This document shows, piece by piece, positions 9,581 through 19,163 of a stretch of 64,000 bases of DNA. Under the pieces are notes generated by a model. It did no database searches. It saw nothing but the letters and a program-made list of their open reading frames with translations, and was not told the DNA's origin. Each line of letters opens with the position of its first letter. Position 1 is the stretch's first letter. Source of the DNA: an uncultured Nitrospiraceae bacterium. GTDB lineage: Bacteria; Nitrospirota; Thermodesulfovibrionia; Thermodesulfovibrionales; Dissulfurispiraceae. Where the stretch lies: the NCBI GenBank assembly GCA_963705105.1, contig CAVPIW010000012.1, positions 288,001 to 352,000 on the forward strand. The letters are read 5' to 3'. Position numbers and translations under genes: made by a program.

Positions 9581-10369
9581 ATGATTGACCGTAGTCATGT
9601 CGAGAAGGCCGCCGATACAGGCGCCCGCAAGATCAACATGCTGCAAAGTGACCCTTCGCGCTATATGCTGCGCTCCTTCGGCGCAGGCATGTTCCTGACA
9701 ATTACCGTGTTCGTGTTCTGGGCGTTGACACACAACCTCCAGGACATGTCCTTCGGCAAGGTGATCGCGTCGGCTTTTTTCGGCGTCGGGCTCACGGGCA
9801 TTGTGTTTGCCAATGCCGAGTTGTTTACCAGCAACAACATGTACCTCACCGTGTCTTCCGTCGAAGGGCGGACGAGTTGGGGGCAGACCACACTGCTCTG
9901 GATTGCCTGCTATTTCGGCAATTTTGCCGGTGCGGTTTTCATTGCGGCTCTGCTCTATGGGGCGGGATCCCTTGGCGAATTGCCCGCCGATCATAAGCTT
10001 TTCACCGGCGCTGTGCATAAGGCGCACCAGGCCGGGTATGTAATCTTCATCAAAGGTATTCTGGCCAACTGGATTGTGTGTCTGGCCGTGCGCCTTGCTC
10101 TGCGCTGCAAGGAAGACGTCGCCAAGATCATGGTCTTGATTCTCGTCATATTCATATTCGTATATCTCAGCTTTGAACATTCGATCGCCAATATGGGGAC
10201 GTTCTCGATGGCGATATTCGGCGGAGGCGCCCTAACCGTGGGCGAAGCGTTTCACAACTTGCTTTACAGCACCCTGGGCAATATGTTTGGAGGTGTGGTG
10301 CTTGTTGGGCTGCCCTTCGTCTATATCAATCCGAGGGAGCGGGAAGAGCAATTGGGTCTTACTCAGTGA
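9581..10369 (+). CDS. Formate/nitrite transporter (FNT family)
   Basis: AELFTSN, GNFAG, GILANWIVCLA, FEHSIANM, TLGN; RBS gaggaggag before ATG 9581. Confidence 0.9.
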   Translation: MIDRSHVEKAADTGARKINMLQSDPSRYMLRSFGAGMFLTITVFVFWALTHNLQDMSFGKVIASAFFGVGLTGIVFANAELFTSNNMYLTVSSVEGRTSWGQTTLLWIACYFGNFAGAVFIAALLYGAGSLGELPADHKLFTGAVHKAHQAGYVIFIKGILANWIVCLAVRLALRCKEDVAKIMVLILVIFIFVYLSFEHSIANMGTFSMAIFGGGALTVGEAFHNLLYSTLGNMFGGVVLVGLPFVYINPREREEQLGLTQ

Positions 10370-10589
10370 TCCCCTGAACTATCAGGCATCGATGGTCCTC
10401 CGGCATAACCCGGGGGAGCTATCGGACCGGCCGAACGGAATGGCAGCTCAGGCTGTGCCGGCGCCGGCTCCGCGATAGGTCTGCCAAGGTGCGTGTCCTG
10501 GTGTTTTGAGAAGAAAAAATCGCCGTCGCGAACATCAAGCCGAGCCGGCCCGGAAAGGCGCTTTTCCCGTCACGCAGCGATGACCGCTC

Positions 10590-10618
10590 TTGACAAACTT
10601 GTACTCTTGTGCCATAAA
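10590..10618 (+). promoter_or_regulatory. Putative sigma70 promoter of the porin gene
   Basis: TTGACA-17 nt-CATAAA. Confidence 0.45.
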
Positions 10619-10690
10619 ACAGGGCACAAATCGTTTTCACAATCCGCCCTTGGCGGATATATGCTGAACTAACTCAAGGAGGGTTAGGAA

Positions 10691-12073
10691 GTGAAAAAAT
10701 CGTTGGCAGTAGTCTTAGGGATGTTGCTGGTCTTGGGCTTCGCGGCCAGCGCCTTCGCGATCCATGCCGAGATCCCGTCGGAGACTCAGGCAGTCGTCGC
10801 AAAGGGGCAGACACAGATCACCATCGGTGGTGAGATCAGGACGAGGGGTGAACTCAGGAGCAACAACTCCGACTTCCTCGAGGACGGACCGGCTGGCGAC
10901 GACCACAACGCAGCCTGGGACCAGAGGGTCAGGCTCCAGATCGACGCACAGGTGACGCCGAACACATCCGGTCGTATCCACCTCGAGTCTGTGAACAACA
11001 ACCTCGACTCTGTCGCTGCAGACCTCTACACCTGGGGCAGCAACACCAGCCGCGCCACGGGCGAATACAAGGCAGGCAATCAGAAGGCCACCAGCCTGAA
11101 CATCCTCGAGGCCTGGATTCAGCACAAGGGCTCGGGTCTCTTCGGCATTCCCGCCGGCCTCAAGGTCGGTCACATGCCCGTCGTCCAGGGCACGGGCCTT
11201 TTCTATGATCACCGGAAATTCGGTGACGACGCCCTGCTGCTCTTCATCGAGCCGATGAAGAACCTCGAGATCGGCGCCCTCACCGTGAAGCTTGCCGAGA
11301 ACAACGTGAACTTCTCCGATGACGCGGATGCCTATCTGTTCTATGCAGGCTACAAGGAGAAAGAGTGGAACGCCAATTTGAACGTGTCCTATGTCAATGA
11401 CGCCAGATTCCAGGGTGTTGCCGGCAGGAGCGCAGACCTTTGGAACTTCGGCCTGAACGGCGGCTTCAACATTTCCGGCGTCGGGTTCAAGGGCGACATC
11501 AACGTCCAGTTCGGTGAGGACGAGGCCCCCGACGGCAGGACGACGGACTTCAAAGGCTACGGCGGCATGATCGGCGCATTCTTCACCATCGCACCGGTGA
11601 AGATCAGCATTGACTTCGCCTACGGCAGCGGTGACAGCAACGCGACCGACGACGAGAACAAGAGCTTCATCACCAGCCTCGGAAACGACTTTCACTTCTC
11701 CTATGTCTATGAGTACCGCACGAGGAACGCCGCCAACGAGTCAAACGGCGGTCTCACGAATGCGTGGTACGGAAAGCTCGGCGTCAACGCCGACCTCATG
11801 AAGAACCTCAACATGGACCTCGGCCTCTTCTACATCCAGGCCGTGAAGAAGATCGACACGAACAACCCTTACGGGTTTGCGAACACCACGGACAGCAGGT
11901 CGATCGGAACGGAAATCGACGCAAAGTTCACCTACCAGATCGACAGGAACCTGAAGTACTGGGTTGAGGGCGGCTACCTCTTTGCCGGCAAGTTCTGGAA
12001 GGCTGTCACCGGAGACGCCAACGATCCGGATGATGCCTATGCCATCAGGCACGGTATCCAGCTCAACTTCTAA
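10691..12073 (+). CDS. Major outer-membrane porin (alginate-export-like beta barrel)
   Basis: Signal peptide, amphipathic strands, GTEIDAKFTY, C-terminal Phe, strongly biased codons. Confidence 0.8.
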   Translation: MKKSLAVVLGMLLVLGFAASAFAIHAEIPSETQAVVAKGQTQITIGGEIRTRGELRSNNSDFLEDGPAGDDHNAAWDQRVRLQIDAQVTPNTSGRIHLESVNNNLDSVAADLYTWGSNTSRATGEYKAGNQKATSLNILEAWIQHKGSGLFGIPAGLKVGHMPVVQGTGLFYDHRKFGDDALLLFIEPMKNLEIGALTVKLAENNVNFSDDADAYLFYAGYKEKEWNANLNVSYVNDARFQGVAGRSADLWNFGLNGGFNISGVGFKGDINVQFGEDEAPDGRTTDFKGYGGMIGAFFTIAPVKISIDFAYGSGDSNATDDENKSFITSLGNDFHFSYVYEYRTRNAANESNGGLTNAWYGKLGVNADLMKNLNMDLGLFYIQAVKKIDTNNPYGFANTTDSRSIGTEIDAKFTYQIDRNLKYWVEGGYLFAGKFWKAVTGDANDPDDAYAIRHGIQLNF

Positions 12074-12096
12074 GTCACTCAGGGAACCTGAAACAC

Positions 12097-12124
12097 AGGC
12101 GGCTGCCGACGGCAGCCGCCTTTT
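12097..12124 (+). terminator. Rho-independent terminator
   Basis: AGGCGGCTGCCG-A-CGGCAGCCGCCT followed by T tract. Confidence 0.85.
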
Positions 12125-12232
12125 CTATTGGTCTCTGCAATGCTTGCGGTTATTTTGGACCAGGAGTGATTGCGGATACAATAGATAGCCCGCGCTGCGT
12201 TCCCTATTTTAAAGCGTCTGTGGAGTGAGGAT

Positions 12233-12485
12233 ATGTTCTTCCGAGCCCGCGCCAAATGATTTTCCCGGAATGATGCTGCGTCCCATCGGGAATGTGCTTC
12301 AGGATAAAAACCACTGGAATAACAAATTCCCGTTATTATACGGCGATTCTGCACAACATACCGTTTCGGTAATATAAGACAGCTGCTTTAGCCCTAAAAC
12401 GCCTCAAAAACAGGTCATTCTGCTTGACTCACCCTCGCTTTTCCGATAAGATGTGAGAAAAAGCAGTCGGCGGCTAAAGAATAAT
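12233..12485 (+). promoter_or_regulatory. Integron Pc/attI-like leader, copy 1 (interrupted by ISL3 just before the crossover GTT at 13806)
   Basis: Near-identical to 18381-18638; TTGACT(12424)-17-TAAGAT(12447); CTAA..AATAAT|GTT precedes a cassette. Confidence 0.7.
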
Positions 12486-13797
12486 GGTTCTTCCGGTTTA
12501 AGCGTACTTGATTGAAAAAATGCGACATGTTGTTACTCTAAGAGATTCCGACCAAGGATTCTCAGAAGGAGGCAACAACATGTCGACAAGCTTATTGTAT
12601 CACGCATTTGGTATACGAGGATACCGGTATCAATCGACCAGATATCAGGAAGGGGCGGTTATTTTCACGATCACACAAGATCGATTGACCCTGCGGTGCC
12701 CTGAGTGCAACGGGCGGGATATCGTCTGTAAGGGAGTCACTATGCGAGAGCTGCGGACGGTGCCGATCGGTGGCAAGAGAGCGTTTGTGCGTATTGCCGT
12801 GCAGAGGGTATGGTGCCTGGTGTGCGCTGTGGTGCGTCAGGTGAGACTGAAGTTTGCCGAGGACCGAGTCCGCTATACGAGGGCCTTTGAACGGTATGCA
12901 TTGGAGCTTTCCCGGCGCATGACGATCCAGGACGTTGCGCGACATGTGGGCGTCAGCTGGGACGTGATCAAAGACATCCAGAAGCGGTCCCTCCACAGAA
13001 AGTTCTCCCGGCCGAAACTGGGTCATCTGAGGCGCCTCGCCATCGACGAGATTTCCATCGGCAAAGGGCACAGGTATGTGACGGTCGTCTTGGATCTTGA
13101 TAGTGGAGCTGTGGTCCATGTTGGCGACGGCAAGGGGACTGATGCGTTGAAGCCTTTTTGGAGAAGGCTGTTGCGCTCGGGCGCCACAATACAGGCCGTG
13201 GCGATCGACATGTCCCCTGCATACATCGCTGCTGTGTCTGACAACGTGCCGGAGGCAGCCGTTGTCTTTGACCGTTTTCATATCGTCAAGTTGTTCAACG
13301 ACAAGCTCTCCGATTATCGTCGTGACCTGTACCATAAGCTCACCAGCCAGTCAGACAGGATTGTGCTGAAGGGGACCCGCTGGCTCCTGCTGAAGAACCC
13401 CGAAAACCTCGACGCAGAAAAGAACGAACAGCAAAGGCTTCAGGAAGCATTGCAGATGAACGCCCCTCTGGCAACGGTCTATTACATGAAAGAAGACTTG
13501 CGAACGCTTTGGAACTACCCGGGCAAAGGATCGGCAGAGCGCTTTCTGGATGACTGGATTGCGCGGGCCAAGGCATCAGGAATACGGATGCTGCAGTCAT
13601 TTGCGGAGACGCTCCATGCCCATCGCTGGGGGATTCTGGCATGGTATGATCATCCCATTTCAACTGGCCCTCTGGAGGGCACAAACAACAAGATTGTGAC
13701 AATGAAAAGACAGGCATACGGCTTCAGAGATATCGAGTTCTTCAAACTTAAGATCATGGCTCTTCATCAGTCAAAGTACGCTCTTGTCGGATGAACC
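12486..13797 (+). mobile_element. ISL3-family insertion sequence
   Basis: Ends GGTTCTTCCG / CGGATGAACC; flanks AGAATAAT / ATAATAAT (imperfect 8-bp duplication). Confidence 0.9.
12580..13794 (+). CDS. ISL3 transposase
   Basis: CPEC zinc finger, LAIDEI, AIDMSPAY, FDRFHIVK, LEGTNNKI..KRQAYGFRD. Confidence 0.95.
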   Translation: MSTSLLYHAFGIRGYRYQSTRYQEGAVIFTITQDRLTLRCPECNGRDIVCKGVTMRELRTVPIGGKRAFVRIAVQRVWCLVCAVVRQVRLKFAEDRVRYTRAFERYALELSRRMTIQDVARHVGVSWDVIKDIQKRSLHRKFSRPKLGHLRRLAIDEISIGKGHRYVTVVLDLDSGAVVHVGDGKGTDALKPFWRRLLRSGATIQAVAIDMSPAYIAAVSDNVPEAAVVFDRFHIVKLFNDKLSDYRRDLYHKLTSQSDRIVLKGTRWLLLKNPENLDAEKNEQQRLQEALQMNAPLATVYYMKEDLRTLWNYPGKGSAERFLDDWIARAKASGIRMLQSFAETLHAHRWGILAWYDHPISTGPLEGTNNKIVTMKRQAYGFRDIEFFKLKIMALHQSKYALVG

Positions 13798-13844
13798 ATA
13801 ATAATGTTCTGTGTCAAATATAAAGATCAAATAGGAGGGAAAAT

Positions 13845-14246
13845 TTGAAAAAATCACTGCTTGAAATTTACGCCTTAGCCGTTTGTTTTGCAACGATGGT
13901 CTGCTTTGTCATTGCGCTGGGCGTCGCACTGTATAGCTTCATTGAGATTGCCAATCCTGAATTTACAATGAACTCATACCAATATTACCGGTATCAAAGC
14001 AACGACGCTTATTGGCTGAGCAAGATTAATGATTATCAAAATAAAGACAAAGAGATGAAAAGACCGCCGGAAGACGAACTAACAAGAGAAAGAAAAGAAG
14101 GTTATAGGTTGGCGATAATATCTGAGCGTCGTGACGGCTTTCAGGGTGTAACAAAAACTGCAATAATTATTCTGATCGATACGGTTGTATTTCTTATTCA
14201 CTGGCTGATAGCTCGCCGGGCCAGAGAATCAAGTACTGCGGTATGA
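13845..14246 (+). CDS. Integron cassette gene, hypothetical membrane protein
   Basis: Low GC, two hydrophobic segments; bounded by GTTCTGTG (13806) and its complement CACAGAAC (14282). Confidence 0.75.
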   Translation: MKKSLLEIYALAVCFATMVCFVIALGVALYSFIEIANPEFTMNSYQYYRYQSNDAYWLSKINDYQNKDKEMKRPPEDELTRERKEGYRLAIISERRDGFQGVTKTAIIILIDTVVFLIHWLIARRARESSTAV

Positions 14247-14281
14247 GGCATTAATAACAACAGCCAATAAATATGAAAGAC

Positions 14282-14373
14282 CACAGAACACTTCAATCAA
14301 GGCGACTGGCCATAAGGCTGGGTTTGGTTTTCAGTTTTGCTGGTTGCGCCAGCGCCTTATTGTTTTGTTAGAC
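14282..14373 (+). other. attC site 1
   Basis: R'' CACAGAAC, R' GTTAGAC; arms CAAT-c-AAGGCG-a-CTGGC / GCCAG-CGCCTT-ATTG with two extrahelical bases. Confidence 0.8.
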
Positions 14374-14551
14374 GGATGGCATTGAAAAAGGCAGCTGGTT
14401 ACATTCTATTAGCTATTTCATGTCTTGCTTGGGCTGCGATATTTGCTTTGCCTCTCTTCGAGATTACAGTCGGAGAGGTAGCGGCACTTACAACTGGGTT
14501 AATTGTTGCGGGTGAGGCGACATTCTTTCTCGGAATAGCTCTCTTGGGTAG

Positions 14552-15922
14552 GAGGTAAGATCAAAAAGTGTGTAAATGAGTGAGAAGGCGGTGTATCCTT
14601 AATCAGTTGACCTGGAATCAACAAAGAGAAAGGAGACACCACCATGGACAAGAGTATCACCGAGGCAGTTGAGCCGTCAAGGGCGACGTACGAGGCATTG
14701 GAAGGGATAGTTCGGCAGAGAGTCCAGGAATACATTCAAGACATACTGGAAGAGGAAGTCGAGATCTTTCTAGGGAGGAAGAAATCCGAGAGGATCAAGA
14801 AGGTGGATAGCAAGCGGGGGTATTGGAACGGACACGGGAAGGGGAAGAAGTTCACGCTGATGAACGGGACGATCACGGTCCGACGGCCCCGTGTGCGGGG
14901 AGCGGAGGAGCGATTTGAGAGCAAGGTCCTGCCGTTATTCATACGTCGGTCAAAAGAAGTGGGGCAGTTACTGCCGGAATTGTATCTCCACGGACTGGCG
15001 CAGGGGGATTTTGATTTAGCGCTTCGGGGGTTATTGGGAGAAGGGGCGCCGCTGTCGTCCTCGTCGATCCAGCGGCTGAAGGGCAAATGGCAGTGCGAAT
15101 ACGACGAGTGGAAGGCTCGGGATCTTTCCGGGCTTGAGGTCGTCTATCAGTGGGCGGACGGGATATACGTGAAGGCCGGGTTGGAGAAAGACAAAGCAGC
15201 ATTGCTGGTGATCATCGGGGCGTTGGTTACGGGGGAAAAGATCCTGCTGGCCTGCGAGAGCGGGTATCGGGAGAGCAAGGAATCCTGGGCAGGGGTCCTG
15301 AGGGATCTGACCGCTCGGGGACTGAAGCTGGGCACATTGACGGTTGCCGATGGTCATTTGGGGATATGGTCAGCGTTGGGAGAGCTTCATCCCGAGGGCA
15401 AGGAGCAGAGGTGTTGGAACCATAAGATAACCAACGTGCTGGATGCGATGCCCAAGAGGATACGTGCCGAGGCAGGCGAGTATCTCACCAAGATCCCCTA
15501 TGCAGAGACGCAGGCAGAGTGTGAGAGGCTCAGGGACAGCTTTATCAGCCGGTATGGGAGGGATTTTCCGAAGGCGACGGAGACCCTGAGGAGAGATTGG
15601 GAGCGAATGGTGACGTTCTATTCATTGCCGAAAGAGCACTGGGTGCATATCAGGACGACCAATGTGGTGGAGTCACCGTTCAGCGCGGTGCGTTTGAGAA
15701 CGGATGCGGCGAAGCGGTATAGGAAAGTCCAAAACGCGACGGCGATGATCTGGAAGTTGCTGGGAGTCGCTGAGAAGAGATTCCGCAGGCTCAAGGGATA
15801 TTGGTTACTGAGGGATGTCCACGAGGGGAAACTCTTCACAGACGGCATTGCCGTCGAGCAGGAAGAGTCTGTCGAAAGGTTCGCCGCCTGATGGCTTTTT
15901 ACACACCTATTGACATGACCTC
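14552..15922 (+). mobile_element. IS256-family insertion sequence
   Basis: IRs GAGGTAAGATCAAAAAGTGTGTAAA / TTTACACACCTATTGACATGACCTC; perfect 8-bp TSD TTGGGTAG (14544-14551, 15923-15930). Confidence 0.92.
14644..15891 (+). CDS. IS256 transposase
   Basis: LYLHGL, WADGIY, VADGHLG, QRCWNHK, RTTNVVES motifs. Confidence 0.95.
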   Translation: MDKSITEAVEPSRATYEALEGIVRQRVQEYIQDILEEEVEIFLGRKKSERIKKVDSKRGYWNGHGKGKKFTLMNGTITVRRPRVRGAEERFESKVLPLFIRRSKEVGQLLPELYLHGLAQGDFDLALRGLLGEGAPLSSSSIQRLKGKWQCEYDEWKARDLSGLEVVYQWADGIYVKAGLEKDKAALLVIIGALVTGEKILLACESGYRESKESWAGVLRDLTARGLKLGTLTVADGHLGIWSALGELHPEGKEQRCWNHKITNVLDAMPKRIRAEAGEYLTKIPYAETQAECERLRDSFISRYGRDFPKATETLRRDWERMVTFYSLPKEHWVHIRTTNVVESPFSAVRLRTDAAKRYRKVQNATAMIWKLLGVAEKRFRRLKGYWLLRDVHEGKLFTDGIAVEQEESVERFAA

Positions 15923-15996
15923 TTGGGTAGAGAGGCATGGGAAAAAATCAAGGCAGTTTTCAGGAAAGGGAAAAGTTAATTAGGCCAGTCAATCAA

Positions 15997-16059
15997 GCCT
16001 AACCCTGCGTTCGAGGGGGACGCCGCAAAAGCGCGGCGCCTCTCAACTTTATGTTAGGC
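15997..16059 (+). other. attC site 2
   Basis: Canonical GCCTAAC...GTTAGGC with an imperfect palindromic interior, 63 bp. Confidence 0.9.
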
Positions 16060-16100
16060 AGTGACCGAATCTATTCACACCCGTAAGGAGATTTTCTGCA

Positions 16101-16847
16101 TTGGATATTCCACGGATCTTCAACATCACCGAAAGTGCTCACCGCATCCATAACCCGTTCACACCCGAAAAGCTCGCCACTCTCGGTGCTGCGCTGCGTC
16201 TGGAAACGGGAACCCGAGTGCTCGACCTCGGCAGCGGTTCGGGAGAGATGCTGTGCACCTGGGCACGCGATTACGGAGTCATCGGAACCGGCATCGACAT
16301 GAGCCAGTTGTTCACCGAGCAGGCGAAACTCCGCGCTGAAAAACTCGGTGTCGCCGATCAAGTCAAGTTCATCCATGGCGATGCTGCCGGCTTCGTCTCT
16401 GACGAGAAGGCCGGTGTGGCAGCCTGTCTCGGTGCCACGTGGATCGCTGGGGGAGTCGTCGGCACCATCGAGCTTCTGGCGCAGAGCCTCCGCCCCGGAG
16501 GGATCATCCTCATCGGCGAACCCTACTGGCGGCAGTTACCGCCGACGGAAGATGTTGCCAGGGGGTGTCTTGCCGGCTCAATCTCCGACTTTCTCCTGCT
16601 TCCAGAACTTTTGGCGTCTTTCGGCCACCTCGGCTACGACGTCGTGGAAATGGTTTTGGCAGACCAAGACAGCTGGGACAGATACGAGGCGGCCAAGTGG
16701 CTCACCATGCGCCGATGGCTTGAAGCCAATCCCGACGACGAGTTCGCGAAAGATGTTCGAGCCAAACTAACCTCGGAACCCGAGCGCTACGCCGCTTATA
16801 CGCGTGAATACCTGGGCTGGGGCGTGTTCGCGCTGATGACGCGGTGA
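16101..16847 (+). CDS. SAM-dependent methyltransferase (YjhP-like), cassette gene
   Basis: VLDLGSGSGE SAM-binding motif; directly after attC2; its own attC not found. Confidence 0.85.
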   Translation: MDIPRIFNITESAHRIHNPFTPEKLATLGAALRLETGTRVLDLGSGSGEMLCTWARDYGVIGTGIDMSQLFTEQAKLRAEKLGVADQVKFIHGDAAGFVSDEKAGVAACLGATWIAGGVVGTIELLAQSLRPGGIILIGEPYWRQLPPTEDVARGCLAGSISDFLLLPELLASFGHLGYDVVEMVLADQDSWDRYEAAKWLTMRRWLEANPDDEFAKDVRAKLTSEPERYAAYTREYLGWGVFALMTR

Positions 16848-16929
16848 AGCGCGATGACGAGTAGTTTGTGCACTGAATTGCCGCCTTGGCCTCACCATCG
16901 CTTCTCGGTTCCCCGTCGGCTTCGCCGCC

Positions 16930-17181
16930 GTGCGGCCCCTCAAGCTGAACGTTGCCCGGATCCGCATCGCCATCACGAACATCAAGCCGAGCCGGCCCGG
17001 CGTCAGCGCGGTGACGTCGATCGTTCCCGTCGGGATAGGTATCAGCCTCGTCAAGAAGGGCGCAAAGGGCGGCTGGTCCGGAAGCGGCGAGACGGGCGTG
17101 GAGATGATGGCCCTGGACAGCATGACGAACGACATCCTGGTGCTCGCGGTGGATGACAGGAAACATCATTCGTTCAGATGA
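16930..17181 (+). pseudogene. C-terminal fragment of a DUF3313-like lipoprotein
   Basis: RIRIAITNIKPSRP..GVEMMALDSMTNDILVLAVDDR without a plausible N-terminus. Confidence 0.4.
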
Positions 17182-17605
17182 TTTGGAGGAAAGTGCTGCA
17201 GTCTATGCGGAAGGAGCTTGAAGGACTTGTTCTTCCTCGACCGGTAAATTTTAAAGTCTTTATGGTCGAGGGTAAAGATCGTTGTCATATCTTCAGCATC
17301 GGCCAGCGCGACGAGAGAGGCATCAGCGAAGTCCATGGGCAGGTCATGGTATTTCCTCATCAGCTCCCGGCATGCCTTGAGCAGGCCGGCATTGAGATCA
17401 TACACATGAAGTCCGCTGCCGGTGATAAATTCCCACAGGTCGTCCTGAACATTCCATGAGAAGTTCAGGAGATACAAGGCCTCTGTCAGAACAGGCGTTG
17501 TAGTAATAAGCGGTGGGCTCACAGTCTTGAGCGCCTTATGGCAGGCGACATGATGGTTGTCACTCTTGTCAAAAAGGGCAACCAGAGGCCCGGTATCAGG
17601 ATCAA
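17166..17605 (-). pseudogene. PIN/VapC toxin whose start is out of frame
   Basis: DTGPLVALFD..VLTEA..MDFADASLV..FTLD; overlapping TTG ATC CTG start is not in frame with DTG. Confidence 0.6.
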
Positions 17606-17856
17606 CGTTTCTTCCCGAAGCGTTCGCGCAGTATCTCCCCGGACCTTATGGCGAGGTCGCCTTTCCCGCTTCCGGGATGGTCCTTTATGAGAGCCTTAAT
17701 CGTTTCAGAAAGGTCAGTTTTGTTAACCTCTGCAAGAGGAGCGCAGAACTGTTTGATCGATTGCTTCACTACCGCGCTTTTTGAGGTGCCCATCGCTCGG
17801 GACGCCTTCCTGAGAAGTTCCTCTGTCTCTGCGTCCAATCTCACGCTAAGCGGCAT
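17602..17856 (-). CDS. RHH/CopG antitoxin
   Basis: LSVRLDAETEELL..SKSAVVKQSI, GSGKGDLA; overlaps the PIN gene. Confidence 0.8.
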   Translation of the reverse strand: MPLSVRLDAETEELLRKASRAMGTSKSAVVKQSIKQFCAPLAEVNKTDLSETIKALIKDHPGSGKGDLAIRSGEILRERFGKKR

Positions 17857-18136
17857 AACTCCTTCTTGTCGTTACATTGTACTACATAAATGTATCACAT
17901 ATCGAAAGAGGCAGTCAATGAACGTAAAGAGCTTGCCGTGCCCCGGTTACCAAGGAAATCATAATCAGGGCCACCCATTTGTCATTCCCGACGCCCCGAC
18001 TTGATGCGTGGCGTCGGCAATACGTCTGAAAAAGAAATATTCCGGACAATTGCCGGAATGACAGAATCTTATACTGACCGTGGCTCTACCAAATGAACCC
18101 ATCAGTAAGAGCAATGTATGGGGGGAGGAAAGTCAT

Positions 18137-18364
18137 ATGAAATTCACCCGGATAACGATCGATCCCGACAAAATGGGGGGAGTGCCCTGCATCAGGGGAT
18201 TGAGGATACCCGTCGCATCAATTGTAGGAATGGTCGCCAACGGGATGAGCGAAAAAGAGATCCTCGACGCCTATCCGGATCTTGAACCGGGGGACATTCA
18301 CGAAGCCTTGCTCTCTGCTGCTGAGGCGGTCAAAGAACGTCAGATTCCAGTCGTGCATGCATGA
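18137..18364 (+). CDS. DUF433 antitoxin (partner toxin reduced to ATG AGG TTT)
   Basis: ITIDPDKMGGVPCIRGLRIPV..EILDAYPDLE. Confidence 0.9.
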   Translation: MKFTRITIDPDKMGGVPCIRGLRIPVASIVGMVANGMSEKEILDAYPDLEPGDIHEALLSAAEAVKERQIPVVHA

Positions 18365-18380
18365 GGTTTTATAAAATATG

Positions 18381-18645
18381 ATGTTCTTCCGCGCCCGCGC
18401 CAAATGATTTTCCCGGAATGATGCTGCGTCCCATCGAAAATGTGCTTCAGGATAGAAACCGCTGGAATAACAAATTCCCGTTATTATACGGCGACTGCAC
18501 AACAAACCGTTCCGGTAATATAAGACAGCTACTTTAGCCCTAAAACGCCTCAAAAACAGGTCATTCTGCTTGACTCACCCCATCTTTTCCGATAAGATGT
18601 GAGAAAAAGCAGTCGGCAGCTAAAGAATAAAGAATAATGTTGGCT
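18381..18645 (+). promoter_or_regulatory. Integron Pc/attI-like leader, copy 2
   Basis: TTGACT(18570)-17-TAAGAT(18593); crossover GTTGGCT 18639-18645 complements the cassette's R'' AGCCAAC. Confidence 0.75.
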
Positions 18646-18659
18646 GACAAGAAGGAAAC

Positions 18660-18986
18660 ATGGAAAACAAGATTACGGATTTGATCGCTGAAGGCACTTT
18701 CCGATCTCCACGCCATACAAAGAACCGAAGAACTGCATATATCGCCGTCGGCCGGCCACGCCCATTGGAGAGTGATCCGAACGGTGATTGGTACTGTCCG
18801 GTCTTCATAGAGAACTACACGGAAGGTATTCACAACGTGATGGGGGTAAGTTCTCTCGACACCCTCATCAATGCCATGTCACTGGTCAACAGCTTCTTTC
18901 ACATGCATACGATTTCATGTCTGGAGTTCAAGGCACCGGGCGAAAAGAAACAGAGGAAACGAAAACCAGCCAACCAGGCGTTGTAG
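18660..18986 (+). CDS. Cassette gene, hypothetical (DUF6968-like)
   Basis: IAVGRP..DWYCP..GVSSLDTL; 3' end overlaps attC3. Confidence 0.65.
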   Translation: MENKITDLIAEGTFRSPRHTKNRRTAYIAVGRPRPLESDPNGDWYCPVFIENYTEGIHNVMGVSSLDTLINAMSLVNSFFHMHTISCLEFKAPGEKKQRKRKPANQAL

Positions 18987-19094
18987 CCGACGGTCACGCT
19001 TGCATTTCTGCCCTTTGCGTTTAGAGTCCAGTGCATGTGCAAAGGGCCAATACGGGCAGGCAAGCGCGCCCGCGGCTAAACGCTACGGTGTACG
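18968..19094 (+). other. attC site 3 (R' core GGT instead of GTT)
   Basis: R'' AGCCAAC; arms GCGTT-g-TAGCCG-a-CGG / CCG-CGGCTA-AACGC; ends GGTGTACG. Confidence 0.75.
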
Positions 19095-19163
19095 TAAAAT
19101 GATGATACAATATATATACAGAATATATACAGATGCTCATGATTCACTATAGGTGCTCGCGAT

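Larger units (their letters stand above)
14376..15979 (+). pseudogene. Small two-TM cassette gene ('transporter suffix'-like) disrupted by IS256
   Basis: Removing the IS and one TTGGGTAG restores MALKKAAGYILL..FFLGIALLG-REAWEKIKAVFRKGKS*. Confidence 0.8.

Noticed and set aside
12079..12354. Minus-strand ORFs in the attI leader as integrase remnants (also 18218-18553)
   Set aside because: No tyrosine-recombinase motifs, and the two copies are not frame-consistent
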